From NCBI RefSeq assembly GCF_964355755.1, contig NC_092675.1, forward strand, positions 28,244,912-28,308,911: DNA of 64,000 bases, read 5' to 3'. The translations under genes and the position numbers were made by a program. Source of the stretch: Antedon mediterranea (taxonomy: Eukaryota; Animalia; Echinodermata). Shown piece after piece: positions 27,701 to 42,700 of the stretch (positions within the stretch are counted from its first letter, which is position 1; every line of letters starts with the position of its first letter). The notes beneath the pieces are model-generated. The model ran no database searches. It worked only from the letters and a program-made list of their open reading frames with translations, and had not been told where the DNA came from.

Positions 27701-30700
27701 CTGTTATTACCATACAAGTCGAATATATAGTTTAACTGGTTGTTATTCTTCAAAAAGAGCTATATAGAAGACGTCGATCTCGTAAATTAAAGTGATCTTT
27801 GTGAACTTTTCAGCTAGGCCTATTAAGCCTACGCTGTTGGATAACGTAGCAACCGGTAACCAGGGACGCTCTGCCCGGACGCTCTGGTCAATCACCACAA
27901 CCAGGCTCCAGTGTCTTGACATTGTCTTCAGGATAACTTGGAAATTGCAAAAATAAAAAAAAACATACTAGCAAATATACTTGGCATTTAATTTGCAAAT
28001 AAATATATTGACAAACCTTGTCATTTTATTCAGTCTTTCAATTTCTTGCGTCAAATGAGCTTGTAGTTCTCCTGGTCTAACGGTAACACCACACACAAGG
28101 CAACACATCTGACCATCCAATGAATAACTACATTTTCTTTTCCCTGTACAAACAAACAAAAAAATATTAGAAGCTGTTGTCGGTTAAAGAAAGAAAAACT
28201 AAATTTTACATATTCATTGTTATGAAAAAATAAAAAATGTCCATATGTTTTGCTACTGCTATTCCAAATTTAAGAATAACTAAAAAATCATAATTGTTTA
28301 AAAATATCATTATTACAATTACACGTTAATATTTAAATTGGAATTAAAGTTAATATTGTTTTAAACAGAAGTAATTATTCATTTTTCAGTCTATTCTTAC
28401 AATGCAATTTTATATAGAAATTCTTTGTTAATACACTGCAGTTAAAAATATATAAACAATGTTGATATAAATAATAAATTTGTACTACAGGTATATACAC
28501 ATTTAAAAAAATAAAAATGGTTATGTATCTTTAAACTATATCAATATCAGCCATCCAGTTAAATTAGATAAAAAATTCTATTCAAGAGCCTTTAAAATTT
28601 TGATTACTTTTCACTTAGCGCCTTTCTCCAATAGACAATAATATCCGAAATTCAGACATTTAATTTATTTATAATCACAATGATTTTACTTAGAAATTGT
28701 GTGTGTGTGTGTCAACTGCAGGAACTTTAAGAAGAAATATTGTGTTCTAGTTCTTCGCTAATACTTATTATCATTAACACTGCTTACTGTTTTTCTTTTA
28801 ATCCGTGGCATTCTTTAAATCGTCTCCTGGTATTTAGATTTCTGATTTACGGTGAATTTTAAGTGCTTTAGAATTATCGATGATACACTAATGATAAGAT
28901 GCTGTATGATGTATAGGCGTTAGCACTAATGCCAAGTTTGTTTCTGTACAAATTTAATTTTGACTGGCTATTTCAATTTGTAATCACTAATGGTGCGTTG
29001 TAGGTGTCGGTAGTTGACAGCGATTATCATGATTTTGATAATTATTTATCAGCATTGTTTTGCTCTAATTGGTGGAATAGTGTACTAAGTATCGGATTAT
29101 GATTGCATAGATAGTAAACTCCATTCAACAGTTGTAAAACCACAGTAATTGAGGGAAACCGGCGTTAGATGTTATCTTTTGGAAAATATACAACCACAAA
29201 CCATGTGTTGAGCATAATGGAAATCCAATTACTTAAGATAAGAAAACATAACTTTATTAACATATTTTACATTAAAATGAAATTAATGTAACAAGAATTG
29301 ATAATTTCAAATGTTTTTTTAATTTATTTTATGAACAAAACATTTAAAAACTCAAACTTTTATCTTTTAAATCAAATTCTCTAGAGCGTTACTAATTTTA
29401 CAAAACAATCATGTTTATAAAATCATAATTGAAATGTCTCTTGAATAAGAAGCACATCCAATCAAAATATACTGCAAAATTTAACATTAAAAAAATATCT
29501 GTATATACCTTTGTGTATGTGATATTTAATAGTGCAGTACGTTAATTCAGAGTAATATCAGTAAGTTTGTATCTTTATTCTTGATATACAATTTATTAGT
29601 TCACTTTCTATATTTCTTATACCCTATTTTAATTGTACAGTTGAGACTAATAGAAAAACATATTCTTTTATCACTATGAAATATGTGGAAAGGTGTTCAC
29701 CATTTAGTGTCTTATTTCAACAAACAAACAAGTCTAGGTAATAGTATTAAAATGAGGGATAAGGGAGTAATGAATGACTAAAACATTATAATGAAAATGG
29801 CCAACAAAATTGAATAAGCTAAATCTGAATAAGAGAATTTTTATACAAAGAAAATATTGTTAGTGTTAAACTATTATTATATAAAAACATACTTTTAGCA
29901 TGTGGAATGGCTACCGGCAGATTAGAGCGATTGATTTTTATGTGAAAGTTTCAGCAATTATTTTAAACTAGATACTGTACCGGTATATTTTATTTTTTAT
30001 TTAATTATTTCTTTGTATGTTCTAGCTTTTTTGTTATATAAAAACTTACTTTATTCGCAAGTGAAATGGGCTACCGGCAGAAATTGATATTTATGTGAAA
30101 TTTGTAATTATTTTAAAGACATTTTAAACAATCATTTTAAAACTAGATATATCTTATTATTTCATTATTTTTGTTTGTATGTTCTAGCTTTATTGTTGGA
30201 GTGGCACGTCTTATCAATGACAGAAGCTTTTGGCTTCTTTTGCTCAGGCTTTGGCAAAATAAAGTTGTTATTTATTGCTTGCTGAATTAAAAATGGATAA
30301 TTACATTACTACAAAACAATTAAATTTTAGTATGTTAATAGTATATAAACACATTAGGCATAGAAAGTTAATTCTTATTCCTTATAATTTATATAGAAAT
30401 AATGTTCCTTTGTATCTTATTTTAATTAAAGAGAACTATTTTCATTTAATAGAAATAATAATTCATAGAAAATCTAGAAATTAGCAAGAAAGCAATCATT
30501 ACTGAACATAATGCAGTTATTTTGAAAAACCACTCATGTTTTCCTTTTTTGGAATTTCAAGCAAAAATGTAAATTCTGCAATATAAAAATGATAAACTAT
30601 AAAATCCTCTAAAAATTTAATTATTAATTGAAAGGATTTAGATAAATGTTGGTAACAATGGTCATCTTAATCTCTGTCCATACACAGCGCTTTTAAAGTG

Positions 30701-33700
30701 CATCTAACCACAACTACTCCATGGATGTAACCGGTGAGAACTTTCTCTAACTATTTCATCTGTTGAGTTTGCTGTATTCACAAAAAAAAAACCATCAATA
30801 TAAGGCCTTTTGAAATCTAATTAACAGCATACAAATTCGTTCATTAAAACACAATACAGCATAGATTTGCCATGTCTACTTGACTGATTACTCTATTGAA
30901 AAGCTGATTGCTCTGATTGTTAGCTTAATAAATTTGTATTGTTCCATGGTCAATAGACCGTGAAAACAAATATATCTTGCTTTATTTCGCTCTCAAATCA
31001 ATTTTCATAATTCATTGATATCAAGAAATTAATAAGTAATGTCAATGTAATTAGATTCTGTAATCATAGTTTTGAATTTCAATTTCATTGCTACAAATTA
31101 GATAATTGTTTGTTCCCTGGAGGAGCTCGGGAATGCGGGAAGAACTGTATCTCGTCATAATTTTTAATTTCAATGCAATTGATATTGTTGAATCTATTTG
31201 CATTACAATAACTTTAAAATGCAGTAATACATGTGATTATTTAACTAATTAAAATACTAAAATTAACAAGAAAGATTTCTGTTCTGTTCTGAACTCTGAA
31301 AACTATACTTAACTTATACTAACAGAAAATACTCAAAAACAGATATTTGTCTTGTTTTTCTCTCTTGGGGCTATTCGGTCATTTATTCATTCACTATCCA
31401 ATCACAGTTGAAATAATAAATATTTTTTTAAAGTTTGACTCTAACTTTGAAGGAGATGATTGAACTATATTATAATATTTTGATTCCTATTTTCTTCAAA
31501 CCAATTCTTCCAAATATTATGTGGCAGTATGCATGTTTCTTTAGAAAAATTTCTTAAAGGGTTTTATTGACTTTTACTCAAACAAGAAAATATCTAGCCA
31601 AAATAAAAATAATAATTGGTTAATTCTAACAATTTGTGTTTAAATGTTATTTTTTTTTATACTAAAACTCCATTTGATAGTGATCTACACACTAAACTAA
31701 GTAATATTCTAAAATTACGCTACACAACACACGGCGCAAATTCATTAAAGAAATGTCCGGCAAGGCGGCAATACTTTGCAACTCGAACGGATATGATTCC
31801 CGTAATAGACCAAATCCTTAATTTTCTTATTAACCCACAAAATGATTTGTTTATTTTTCATTAAGACTAAAATTGAAAACCAAAGACAGTATCTATAATG
31901 TCAGTTGATAAAATGGCAGAGAATTAGAAATTGCTCCGTGTAAAATTAATGTTTTATATCCGATTGCCTTGTAGGAAATATATTTTGTTTAAAGTTACAA
32001 AATACAAAAAATAAAAATATTATTATACAAAATTAATTAAAGTTATATTTAATAAAATGATAGATTATTTATACTATGAATTGCTAATTTAAAGTAATTC
32101 ATTTGAAATAATACAAATTATATAAATTAGTTTAATACAAAATGAAAAAAAAAAGTATATTTTTATTATATAAATTACTGGATACATTACTATTGAATTG
32201 TTAATTTGCAAGTTCAGTATTATTATATAAAATAAAAATAAATTTAAAATTGGTAGTATATTTGTTAATTGAAGAAAATCTAAGTATAAAATGATAAAAA
32301 GAATAACTCCTAAAAACGATAATAAAATACATTTAAAAAAAAATAAATGAAACAATAATCTGTACAATTTTAAAAATGTATTTATATTAGTAAAATGCAT
32401 ACACAGCTTCCTAGCAGTCAAGCTAAATATAATATACCTACAGGAATTTCTGTATACGTGACTAAGTCGAGAAGAATGCTACTTTTTTTGGTTTATTCGC
32501 AGACATTTTTAGAGAGCGTTTCTTGCATTTTCGTCATAATCCTGCTAATAATAATGTAAGAATTGAGACAGTTTGTCATTTGTTTCTCAAATAAAATCTT
32601 TTGTTTCAAATTTGTGACAGTTATATGTATCATATAATACCTGAAAGTTGATTAGCTGTTGAAACTTTAAGGGATAGAAAACAATTGGAAAATATCTAAC
32701 TGTACTTTTATGTCAGTGAAAGATATTCCCCCCTGAAAAAATATATTTTTAAATTAATTTTAATTTAACATACTTATTCACCTTGACCATGGAGGATTCC
32801 TCTATGTCTACCAAAAATTGGATCGAAGAAAAGATGTTTATCTGTAAACTATAGTTTAAAGCAACAAAAGCGGAAATTGTCATGGACAATTGGTTTTTGG
32901 TAAAACTTTTGTAAGTTTTTATAAGTGAAATTTTGTAAGAAGTGCTGTATCTGCAAATACGGTACCATAATACAGCACCTTATATGCGTTACATGTGATG
33001 TCTGTATCGTATGCCTATGATATTGAAAAAATTCAGATACAATAGAAAGAATTGGCTGACTCTTTTTCCAAACTACTTTTAGGTTTTACTCTTCAGACAA
33101 TCTGATAACATCTTTTTAGAAAACAAAAAATTTTTAATTTCTAATCACGCTTTTTAATCTTTTGATGACAAGTATTATTGACCGATATTACAGTATGAAT
33201 ATATGATGTGGTAAAATAGACTAAAATATCGAACACAAAACAAATGAATTTTCAGTTAATCGATAATTTATTTAGCGTCAGCTGGCGACCCTGCATTGGT
33301 GGAAGGTGGAACCTTTGATTGTGTGTGGGATTGTTTGTCCTGATTAGCTTAGTTTTATCTAAAGAGAGGCGACATGGGATGACTGCTAATAATGAGTAAT
33401 TAAATATTGGCTGGCTTTAGGCCTGCTGGTAAACACCACCTGTGAATGGAGCACTCTGTCTCAAGCTCTCAATAATGTGCTATTGAATTTGTGGGGTTTA
33501 ATAATAACACTGGTCTTGGGTTCATCCAAATTAAGATCATTTTTTTATAAGATCTACAAACCTGGGAAAGAGTTAAATTAACCCTTCACTGCTATAAACC
33601 ATGTCTTATAGTAAACTATTTCTAACCAAATATTTAACTCCAAAAGAAAAACATCAACGTTTTGTATAGTAGTATTGTAGGCTATATTTTTGTATTTATT

Positions 33701-36700
33701 TATGTATATTTTTTTTTAACATAGTTCATCCGTTTTCCATATATGTTTTTTATAATGTTTATATGAGGCCCATTGATTGTCAGCATATGCTCTTTAGGGT
33801 TACCTTAATTAAATAAGGTTTAATTAAAATTTTAAAAAGTGAATTGAATTGAAAATAATAAAATAAAATTTCTAAATCCTAAATATATGGTAGTATTGAT
33901 AATACATATTTTTATTTTTGAAATAATTGCAGATTTTCTACTTGAATTTATGACTAAATAAATAATGTAGTACAGAAAATTTTATAAAATGATTTACTTT
34001 AACATTAGACAATATGTATTTTATTTTAAAAAAAAATAAAAAAAAGAAGCAATAATTATTAACAACACTGATACTACAATGATGGTTCTGATTTTTCAGT
34101 TCAGCTGTAAATACAGAAAAAGATAGTGCTTTCTATTTAGACAATTAAACCATTCTGTAAAGTGAATATCCAAATAAAATTTAATCATAAATTGTATCAG
34201 TCAGTTTGAAGCTAAAGTCTTTGTTTTCACTGATTATATAGTGCTTATTTGACAAAGTTACAAGAAAATGATTGATATTGTAAAATATTCTTCTTTCTAA
34301 ACATATTTCAAATTGTGTCTATAAATTTAATAACTTATTCTATGACATAGCCACGTCTTAACAAATGCTTAAGTCACTAGTATTTTTACACAACTGAAAA
34401 CATTCAAAAGTAAAAGTCATTTTTCATGCTAGCTATGAAATGCTGGATCAATAACATTTGTTGTGACGATAAACATGAAATTCTCATATTTCATCCAATA
34501 CTCCGACATAAAAATAATGAAATCTTTGTAAGTGTTACGTTTTACCGAACAAATCTGCCAGAGGGGAGACGTGTTGAGCAGTAAAGAAACAGCTACAAAT
34601 TATGAATTTATCCAGTGCTACACGTGGCCATTATGAGCCAGGATTAGTTAAATGAAAAGCTAATTCCCTAAAACAACTTATTCTACTTCCAATAATTGCT
34701 TGCTATACTCTAGTGCATCGTTATAGTAACGATCAAGAAAATCTAACCATATTTTCTAGCCTGGGGCTTGCATTAATGTCGCCTACTAGATGACAAATGT
34801 TAGCCGTCTTAAACCTCAATAACTGTCAAGAACCACTTTGGACTAACAGCTTCTTTAAAAGTGGGTTATTAACTCTACACCGCATTGAAGCATTCGATAT
34901 CTCATAATTGAATCGTGCAAAGTTGCATCGTAATTTCTTTAGCTGACAAGTGTTGATGCTTGCGCCCCGAAGATCAAGAGCTCAGTTTACGAGAGAAGCG
35001 AGTCCTGGGGAGGTGTGAAGAATACGTAAATGGAACACTTTAAATCTTACTCAAAATTTATACTCCGAAGACTCCATGAATCAAATCGTGTACAGCCGAT
35101 TTTATGGTGTATTCAGAGTTCTGTAAAAGGCATATTCTTATTGCCTAATTGCCTCTCGTTCAACCGTTAAAGTGAGGTATTTATTGGTGCAATGAAAGCT
35201 TTGACTAGATTCAATTTCACAGCGATATATTTTTGACGAGAAGCATAGCAGACTGTTGTTAAAAAAAAAGAGAAGACTATGATAAAGAGGACTTGCAAAA
35301 AGACAATTTGTTCTTAAAAGCTTTTTCTTTTCGTTTAATTACTCAACTTCTTGGAAAATATACTGTAAGATAACTAGATTATTATTTTTAATTACAGTTA
35401 CTAATTTTAGTTTAAGAAACTATTTTTTCAATAATTGAAATAATTAATTCTATTTTGACTTATATACAGTATTTGTAAATGAAATATCATTTGTTTTTAA
35501 CTGTATTTTAAATTATATACTGTAGGTATTTTGTACAGTATTGTTAATTCTTTCATTTTCTATACCTAGTTAAGCTAGTCAAAATTAACCTAAGTACTGT
35601 ACATAAAATAATACATTCTACAATCTTAATGAGATTTATACTTCCCAAACTTAATTATTATTGAAAACTTGTGGAAAATCTTGTACACTACAGTATTTAA
35701 TTCAAAGCCAGATAAAGAAACTTGTAAACTAACCTTAATACTTATTGTTGAAATAAGTGGAAGAAAAATGTATTAGTTAAGTAGATGATTATACTTGAAG
35801 AGAAAACAAAGAAAGGGTTAAGTACCTATGTAATTACTTAATTAGGTGGATAAAAGAAGCTTTTGTTATACTTAACACCAGAGCAATACTCAAAGTCAAT
35901 AGCAATTAGAAAGTACATTAAAATGCACTTTGCTACATCATTTCAAGTGTCTAAGAATGTCAAATCCCTGAAACAGATTGTAACAATGTATGTTATTAGG
36001 TATATTTCTAGCAAATGGATTTCACCTTGCAGAGTAAACTAACATGCTAAAATCACACTTCTAACAAACAGACTTCGATTGAAACAATAGATTATGCCTT
36101 TTCGATTATCGCATATTAAAGATCTGAGTGAAGAAAAGCGTTGTTTTTAGTGTTAAATTTCACGCTGATTTCATTAGATTGTCCCATGGGTGGGCTAAAT
36201 CATATTTAACAGTTGTATGTTTGCTTGCTGTTAATCGCCGGTTTACTATTTCTGACAGAAGTAACTAAAGGGAAGATCGTTAGAACACTCAACAACTACA
36301 GTTAAGTTGTTAATGTGCGGTTTTTACAGCAATAAACGTTCCTAATATGGAGCACATTACAAGCGCATTAACCAGGAAAATGGCCAATTAAGAATTTATT
36401 CACAAGTTTTGCAAATAAAAAAAGTTTAACAAACTTAACAATGACAATGATGACTGCTATGATGATTATGATATTAATAAAGATTCTTCTATTCTTCAAG
36501 TATTTGATTATTTAATTAATTTAAACCAATGAATTATTAATTAATATAAAGTAACAAAAAAGAAACACAAAAAAACAGATACATACTGCTGTCATATTAG
36601 TAAAATAATGCCAAGTGGAAATAAAAATATTATGATAATGAAATTAATTTATAATGTTACATGATGATAGTACTTTTAAATATCATTTTATATTATACAG

Positions 36701-39700
36701 TAAATCATTTTATTGAAAAGAAATAATATGTTGATTTGATTGAAATACAGTAGGAGTTTAACGGTACACCTACTGTAACTTGAGAGATGAGAAGAAACTT
36801 AAGCATTTTTGTTGTCAGTTTTATTAAATAAAGCAATAGGGCTTAAATTTCCTTTTTTTTAATTAAAAATGTATTAATTAATAATGATGAGAACCAAATG
36901 TAATGTAGTACAATAGCTATTTGTAAGAGTAATGTTAGTAACCATAGTTTGGTAAATGTTACTGAATAAAAGTAAATGCTATAAAAAAAATAGAAAGAAT
37001 GAAAACCAGAAAAATAAAATTTGAAAATATGCACACATCACAATATTTGTGACTGTGAGTGACATCCATAATCAGATGTATGTGAAAATCCTGAAAAGCA
37101 CTTGATAAGGTAATTTACAGGTAATTTTCAAACACATATCTCACATGAATTGAAGTCAAAACAGCTAGCCGAGTCAATTCCACATTAACATACTTATGAG
37201 TTCATTCGACGCGGGCGCTCACAGACGCGAAACAACATGTTTAGCATGTTTAGGATTACGCTGAAGATGTTACTCACTCGTGGGCCCATCCCAACCAAAC
37301 TTTTATGGATTGCCTAAATACCTCATACAATTACAACTCACTCTTCCGTTAATACCTCAACTCCTCGGGGGCATATTAAAATGATGCGTTACTTAAGAGA
37401 AAATACTCGACACTGATACAAATATTGTTGACTTTGATGGCAAAGTCGGCGTTAATTTGCATAGTAATTACCTCATCACAACGACTGTAATAAGTGGCTT
37501 TAGGGAGTTATTAAAGCATGAAATTGGCTGTCGTAGTTTATTTTTACCTTAGGTTCTCCTGAAAATTACAACAAAACTTCTTGAAATTGCTGATCTATCG
37601 ATGTCCGAAATGACAGATGGGTTTTTCGATCATAAATCATTGTAGCAAGTTTGATTTTATTTCGTTTTTATGAAGCTGCCGGTAACAGCAACCCACTTTA
37701 AACAATACCAATTATTTTACCAATGAATTTATCATCGAGGCCACAAAACACATTTTTTTTCTAGGTGTATTATATTATTATCCAAAATGAAATGTCGTAA
37801 AGTAGAACAATATTTCAAAATGTGCTGTTTTTGTTTCACAAAACAGATTAAATGAAACTGAGGCAAATAAAACAATAAAATTATTTTTTAAATAAAAACC
37901 ATGCTGCCATACTGAATATATTTATTTTGTTTTCACGCTTTGAAACTATCATGAGCACAGACTGAATGAGTGTTTAAAAAAAAGCAGCATATTTGCATGT
38001 TTAACTAATTAATTAGGAAAAAACACCATTTTTTTGTTACCCTAACAAATAAGAAGAAACATTTATCTTTGTTTATTTAAGATAACATACCTTACCAAGT
38101 GAGTACTACATGATTCAGCAACTTTACGGTTTGTTGTGTTTTTTAGGTTTGCAGAGTTTAGCAATTTACTTGGACAAAAATGTTCTCAATTGTCAATTTA
38201 AAAACATACAAAAATGAGTAAAATAGTGTGAAATTGGATAATTCTTCATAACCATTAAAATCTATCTTATTATTAGTAATACGTTTTGTGAATTTAAGAA
38301 TTACTGGTACTTTTGAATAAAAAAAGTATAAAAGATGACATGAATATTAATTAATTGGAAAGGCATGAACACAAAAACCTTAGGATTTACTTAAAAAACA
38401 TATAAAAAAATTTAGAATATTCTATATTCATTGAAAATATTCAAAATATAAAGTCATCCACACATCAGTAAAATCCATAAGATGTTAGATGATTGTGAAG
38501 GACTCAAAAATACTTGCGGACTTATTTGCTATAAAATGATAACTACTGTAAATCGAAAATCAATTCAATTACTTATTAACTGACTGCAATAAAAAACATC
38601 TCAATAATATTGTACATTATAATTTAATTGTGTCTTCGGTTTTGAGATAAATTTTAATAGTGTTGTATAACTTCTTCTTTAACTAGCTATCATTTAATAT
38701 CTTATTTTAATTAACACTTTATATTTTATTTTTGAAAAGTAGGTAATGTAATAAAGGCCGAAACTTGATAAGCGAAAGCTTTTTTTTTTGGTCTTTTGTC
38801 CAAAGTTTTGATTAGGCCTATATGTATGAGAAAGAACAAAAAAGAAAGACAATAAAGATTATTATTATAAACTATTATAAAATAATAATATATAGTTCAA
38901 AATGCAGAGCGCCTCCACTCTAAGGGATGAACAATCAATAGAAATTGTAAAAAAAAGGGGAGCAAAAGATTAATGTTAAAGGTGCAAATTAAAAAAAAAT
39001 GGGATTTGAGGGGTTGTTTGAATGTGGCGAGTGATTCAGCATTCAGTTCTTTGTGGCTCTTTGAGGTATCCTCTGTATAGGGGTTAGATGTGGTGTTCAA
39101 ACATATTTCCCCTTCTTCGTTACATGGAAAAGTGTCCCCTGAATTGCTGTGAATATGGGTGAATTTTCTTACTCTTCGAGGAGAATAGGGCAGTTTTTGG
39201 TTTATCCAGGTAAGCTAGGCACGAAATAACAATTTTACTCTTCTATGGTTCTACATTAGCTCTAAACTGTTCAATTTATTCAGCGATTAAAAGGTCATCA
39301 AATGGGATGCAGTGATTGTTTCCTTGGACTATTAAAATGATCTCTTCTCTTTCTACCAAAAGCCATCCAATTCTTTCAGCAATTAATTAGCCATATCATT
39401 TCAAGGTTAATTGGCTCTTCATTCAATTCTTGATTTATAATTTATTAACACTTTATCAAGTGTGTTGAGTGTTGTGCTCTATTGTTAATAGTTTATGCTT
39501 ATCTCATTTTTAATAGGTGTTTTTTTAAGCGAGTGAGAGATGATAATAGTGGTATAACTGTTTATTGTAGGCCTATACATTAGTCAATTTTGATATGAGT
39601 AAAACATTTACTAAAGTTTTGATAAATTACTAATTGTTATGCAAAAAGAAGGTACAGTACATAACACAGTAATATAGGAAGTATTTCTGTTATATTTAAA

Positions 39701-42700
39701 AATTAAAAAATACTTACTTTGAATTGTGTAAACAACATTTATATTGTTCTTTACACTTACGTAATTGGTAAGGAGCTATGAAATTGGTAATTTATACTTA
39801 CTGTACCTCTTCTACTATGTATGACTCCAGTGCACATGCTTACTCATACAGGAAAATACAATGTGCATATGAACATTGATACAAAGATACTGTAGTTCAA
39901 AGTTAAGCCTACAGTAGGTATGACTGCTGATACAAAAAAAAAATAGTGGATATGAAAATAAAAATGTTAATAGTTCTTACTTCTTAAATGTCTCCCTTCT
40001 TCAGGGGTAGATCTGTCAGTCATTTCACTTTCAATACCATGGCTTCTTTCTGTTGATTCATACGAACAAGGGGTTCCCCCTCTTTCAGAAAAGTCACTAT
40101 CTTCAATTTCATGTTTCACATCTAAATCATGCCTTATTGAGCCTTCAGTCCCTTTTTCTGAATTGTCTGTGGAGCAGGTCTGAACACTGCTCCAATCTTC
40201 TGAATTAACGGCTTTGCCATTTTCAGTTTTACGCTGTTTTGCTGGAACAAATGCAGAATGATGGTAAAAACCTTCCTGATCTTCCGAGACCTGGAACGGC
40301 CGGAATGCACCGGCTCCGATTGGATTCATAATTCTATGCCCTTCTTCAACATTCGGTCTCATCGCAGGGTGCGGAAAAACTTGTGGGTTGTTGAAAACCG
40401 GTAGGCTGTTTGGACCATGATATAGAGGATGCATTGGATACGAACTTAACCCTTTTTCGTCGGCCTTCTGTCGTGATTGGCGCGATGACCTTCGTGTACC
40501 CGACTGGGCAGCATCTTCAGCGGTCGATCCTAACACAACAAGTCTTGGATTTGCAATTTGTGGTGGAATGAAAGCCGAGTTTTCCATGAATATAAAATTT
40601 GGAGGCCGAGAAAACCGTGCCAGGAAATTCTGAAAAATCAAATAAAATAAAAAATCAATTTGTATTTGCAATTAAATATCAATATTAATTACTTTCCTTT
40701 TTTATTTAAATTCCTTCAGTTGACTTGTATTTTCAGTATAAAACACAGTAAAGATTAAATGGTCCAGCTTAAAATAGCAATAACAAATGACATAAAAAGC
40801 ACTGTGTAATATACGATGTTAAAAATAAAATTGAAAAGATACAGTAAAAATGTAATTTAAAGTCAGTTAAATACCAATAATACGTATAAAAAAAATTCAA
40901 TATCATGTAAAACCGAAATTAGTAGTTTTTAAATATAAATTGTTATTTAAATATTAATAATTTGAATTGCTGCCAAGCAGAACCAACTGTATAAAATCAA
41001 ATACTGGATTAATTTACAAACACAAAAAAATCAATTGAACTTGATTCAATTATTGATTAATATTGATTTTCTTCTCACAAATAACTATTTCAAACAAAAG
41101 AATTTCACAAATAAAATACTCATCACCAAAAAGAGAATCATAGTTTTAATCCATAAACTAAAACAGTTGTATATTATAGATTTTAGCAACTCTAGCCCCA
41201 ATAGATAATCTAGAAACAAATGATGATGGAGACACGACTAGCATGGGAAATTCTGATTATTGCAACAAACGATTGTTGCAATGAAGATCGAATGATCACG
41301 CCAATTCATTTCAGTTCACTTAATTCACACTGTACAATTATCTAAAATAGCATCAACTCGCACGTTTTACAATTGACTTGTAACAAAAATCAAAGAATGG
41401 ATAGTCAATGTATTTTGTTAACTAAAAAGAACAATAATAATATAACACACGACCTACTTTAAAACAATTTGAATCGTATGAAACTGATTTTTTTCTGTGA
41501 GAATATTTTAAACAAGCTATGGGAAATTGCTGACTTTTGTTAAAGTGAGCAGCATTTATGAATTTATAATTGACTACAGTAAACCAAAAAGCTGAATTGT
41601 AGTATTATACAATAACACAACTTAAATAGTATTAAATAAAATACATTTATAAACAATTACTAAATGGCAAAATAGTTTTACATTAGTTAGTGAAATAATT
41701 ATTCTTGTTTAATTCAAATTATTTTTATTTGTTCCTTCACAAATTCATTGCTAGTTTATACTGTATATATAAAAACAACAATTTGTTCAATTTTCTTGTT
41801 TTCAAAAGTGAATAACTTTATTGAAGTTCTATAAAATGTTCTACTTTATAGTAATAGTTCAAAATTTGATTTAATTCACATTAATTTTCATGTTTTGTAA
41901 AAAAATACATTTTTATTTAGAATATGTTCATAATTACAAATTTAAAAACATCAACCAAATTTAATTAATTAATTAAAATGTACACTTTTATGTTCTTTTC
42001 ATTTCAAGAAAAATATATTATGAATAATTATTAAATGTACTGCACTGTACCATAGTTTTGTATCATGAATTCCAATCTCATATTCTCAAGTATGGAATAC
42101 TGTGTTAATGTAATGAAGAATTAAATCTTCACTATCGTGTTAATCAGTATTTTGCTCAATTAGTACTAAAAATGAATTATCAATGTAATTGATATCTAAT
42201 TGCATGTGTTTATCAATAAGTGGAAAATTATCTATTAGATAAGAATAATTACAATTCTTTGATTAATAATTAAATATTTATCAGTGACCAACATGTGTTA
42301 ATTAGCTATTATGCAGTAACTGGTTCACAGGATTACAGTACAGTACTGTATATCTAAACACAAATGCTCAGTGCTGTTTATTCATATTTTTATTATTCAT
42401 AATTCAGTCTCATCTCAGCATAAACAATACTGTACAAGATTTTTTTTAAAAGAAGAAAACAAGGAATGTTGAGTTTTTAGTAACAAGTTTACTATAAACC
42501 ACTAATGGTAATTATTACAATGATGTTCTCTTTTTTTTTCTTTTTCAAAATAAAAATACATTTCAATACAAATATACTGCTGACTTCCAAAATAGTTCAT
42601 AATAACATTATTACAATAATTTACTTCATTTATTTATTTATTCGTAACTGACATACATTCACCTTTAATACAGATGTACTGCTGACTTCTAAAATGGTTC

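Noticed and set aside
32089-32421. Hydrophobic F/L/I-rich ORFs in introns
   Set aside because: Expected by-products of very AT-rich sequence; no splice or domain support.
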